This document shows, one piece after another, positions 14,354-14,582 of a stretch of 14,582 bases of DNA. Origin of the DNA: Patescibacteria group bacterium (GTDB lineage Bacteria; Patescibacteriota; Patescibacteriia; Magasanikbacterales; GWA2-37-8); the NCBI GenBank assembly GCA_004321885.1, contig SCQK01000010.1, positions 1 through 14,582 on the forward strand. Direction: 5' to 3'. The notes under the pieces were generated by a model. The model searched no databases, was not told the DNA's origin, and saw nothing but the letters and a program-made list of their open reading frames with translations. Made by a program: the position numbers and the translations under genes. Each line of letters starts with the position of its first letter. Positions within the stretch are counted from its first letter, which is position 1.

Positions 14354-14447
14354 AGCGTTTGAAAATGTTTTTGCTTTCCTCGCCCGCGAGGGCTCGGGCA
14401 TGACGCCGTGGGCGTCATAAGCCGCAAAAACATATTCAAACGCTTTT
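14354..14447. repeat. Structured element with 21-bp terminal inverted repeats (AGCGTTTGAAAATGTTTTTGC / GCAAAAACATATTCAAACGCT, one mismatch). They flank two GC-rich hairpins (CCTCGC-CC-GCGAGG and ATGACGCC-GTG-GGCGTCAT)
   Basis: Inverted repeats read directly in the rpsB-downstream intergenic region. Could be a MITE-like element, a terminator, or a leader of the downstream gene. Confidence 0.5.
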
Positions 14448-14544
14448 GAATAATTTTTATGGGGGATGATTAAATTAATTCGGTTGAAAGCTAGGCAGTG
14501 AATTATGCTAAAGTAAGAGCTTATTTCGCCTTTTTCTGGGATAA

Positions 14545-14573
14545 TTCTCGTGTATGTTCATACTACACGAGAA
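14545..14573 (+). promoter_or_regulatory. Perfect 10-bp hairpin TTCTCGTGTA-TGTTCATAC-TACACGAGAA ending 6 nt before an ATG at 14580..14582. Probable start of the gene after rpsB (tsf by synteny; inference)
   Basis: Hairpin read directly. Its 3' arm contains the only purine-rich RBS-like stretch (GAGAAA) before the terminal ATG. Confidence 0.3.
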
Positions 14574-14582
14574 ATCGCCATG

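Noticed and set aside
13807-14401. Minus-strand ORFs 13807..14121, 13947..14228 and 13958..14401 opposite rpsB
   Set aside because: Antisense to a ribosomal protein gene with full S2 signatures.
14487-14520. Possible promoter TTGAAA...TATGCT / TAAAGT for the gene after rpsB
   Set aside because: Spacing to any reasonable -10 hexamer is off (14 or 19 nt), and the hexamers are weak.
1-14582. Alternative genetic code (UGA recoding, as in some candidate phyla)
   Set aside because: Several well-formed genes (2262..2768, 3021..3233, 6271..7101) terminate at TGA in sensible positions, some with start-stop overlaps (ATGA). The standard bacterial code fits.

Overview
Overview: a gene-dense bacterial window, standard genetic code (TGA, TAA and TAG all used as stops). 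A syntenic core of housekeeping genes is interrupted by two AT-richer accessory patches and peppered with small palindromic repeat elements. Gene content and style suggest a Candidate Phyla Radiation (Patescibacteria-like) genome: a LamG-repeat surface protein, a PMT/ArnT-type GT-C glycosyltransferase, and K/A/E-rich tails on L25, L31 and S2. This lineage call is inference only. Core genes: on the plus strand a SEDS gene (ftsW/rodA type) and rplY/ctc. On the minus strand an rpmE, prfA, GT-C glycosyltransferase, prmC chain with overlapping stop and start codons. rpsB is divergent from rpmE, and the window probably ends at the ATG of the gene after rpsB. Accessory patch 1 (1571..2184): a HEPN plus minimal-nucleotidyltransferase (toxin-antitoxin type) gene pair. 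It sits immediately behind a 5'-truncated multi-LamG gene and is bracketed by an 80-bp direct duplication of that gene's 3' end. Accessory patch 2 (2788..6055): an uncharacterised operon with a near-consensus, apparently leaderless promoter. It encodes two small acidic proteins, a 214-aa protein with caspase-like fold topology (His after strand 3, Cys after strand 4), and a 716-aa protein. The 716-aa protein has clear bacterial SH3 and SLT/GH23 lytic-transglycosylase motifs, one mid-protein TM helix and an acidic C-terminal domain, with no signal peptide. This operon is my best candidate for an undescribed system (lysis, host-attack or abortive-infection like); that reading is inference. Most unusual sequence-level observation: at least three families of short palindromic/hairpin elements, with TIR-like ends GTCATT...AATGAC or a CCTCCCCC-TTATAAA-GGGGGAGG hairpin core. 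They recur in intergenic DNA and also lie in-frame inside prmC and the glycosyltransferase gene. There they add similar peptide segments (xGIASA(A)SGLAMT) without breaking the reading frames, reminiscent of Rickettsia palindromic elements. Not found: tRNA, rRNA or CRISPR array. All domain calls come from motif recognition by eye; no searches were run.
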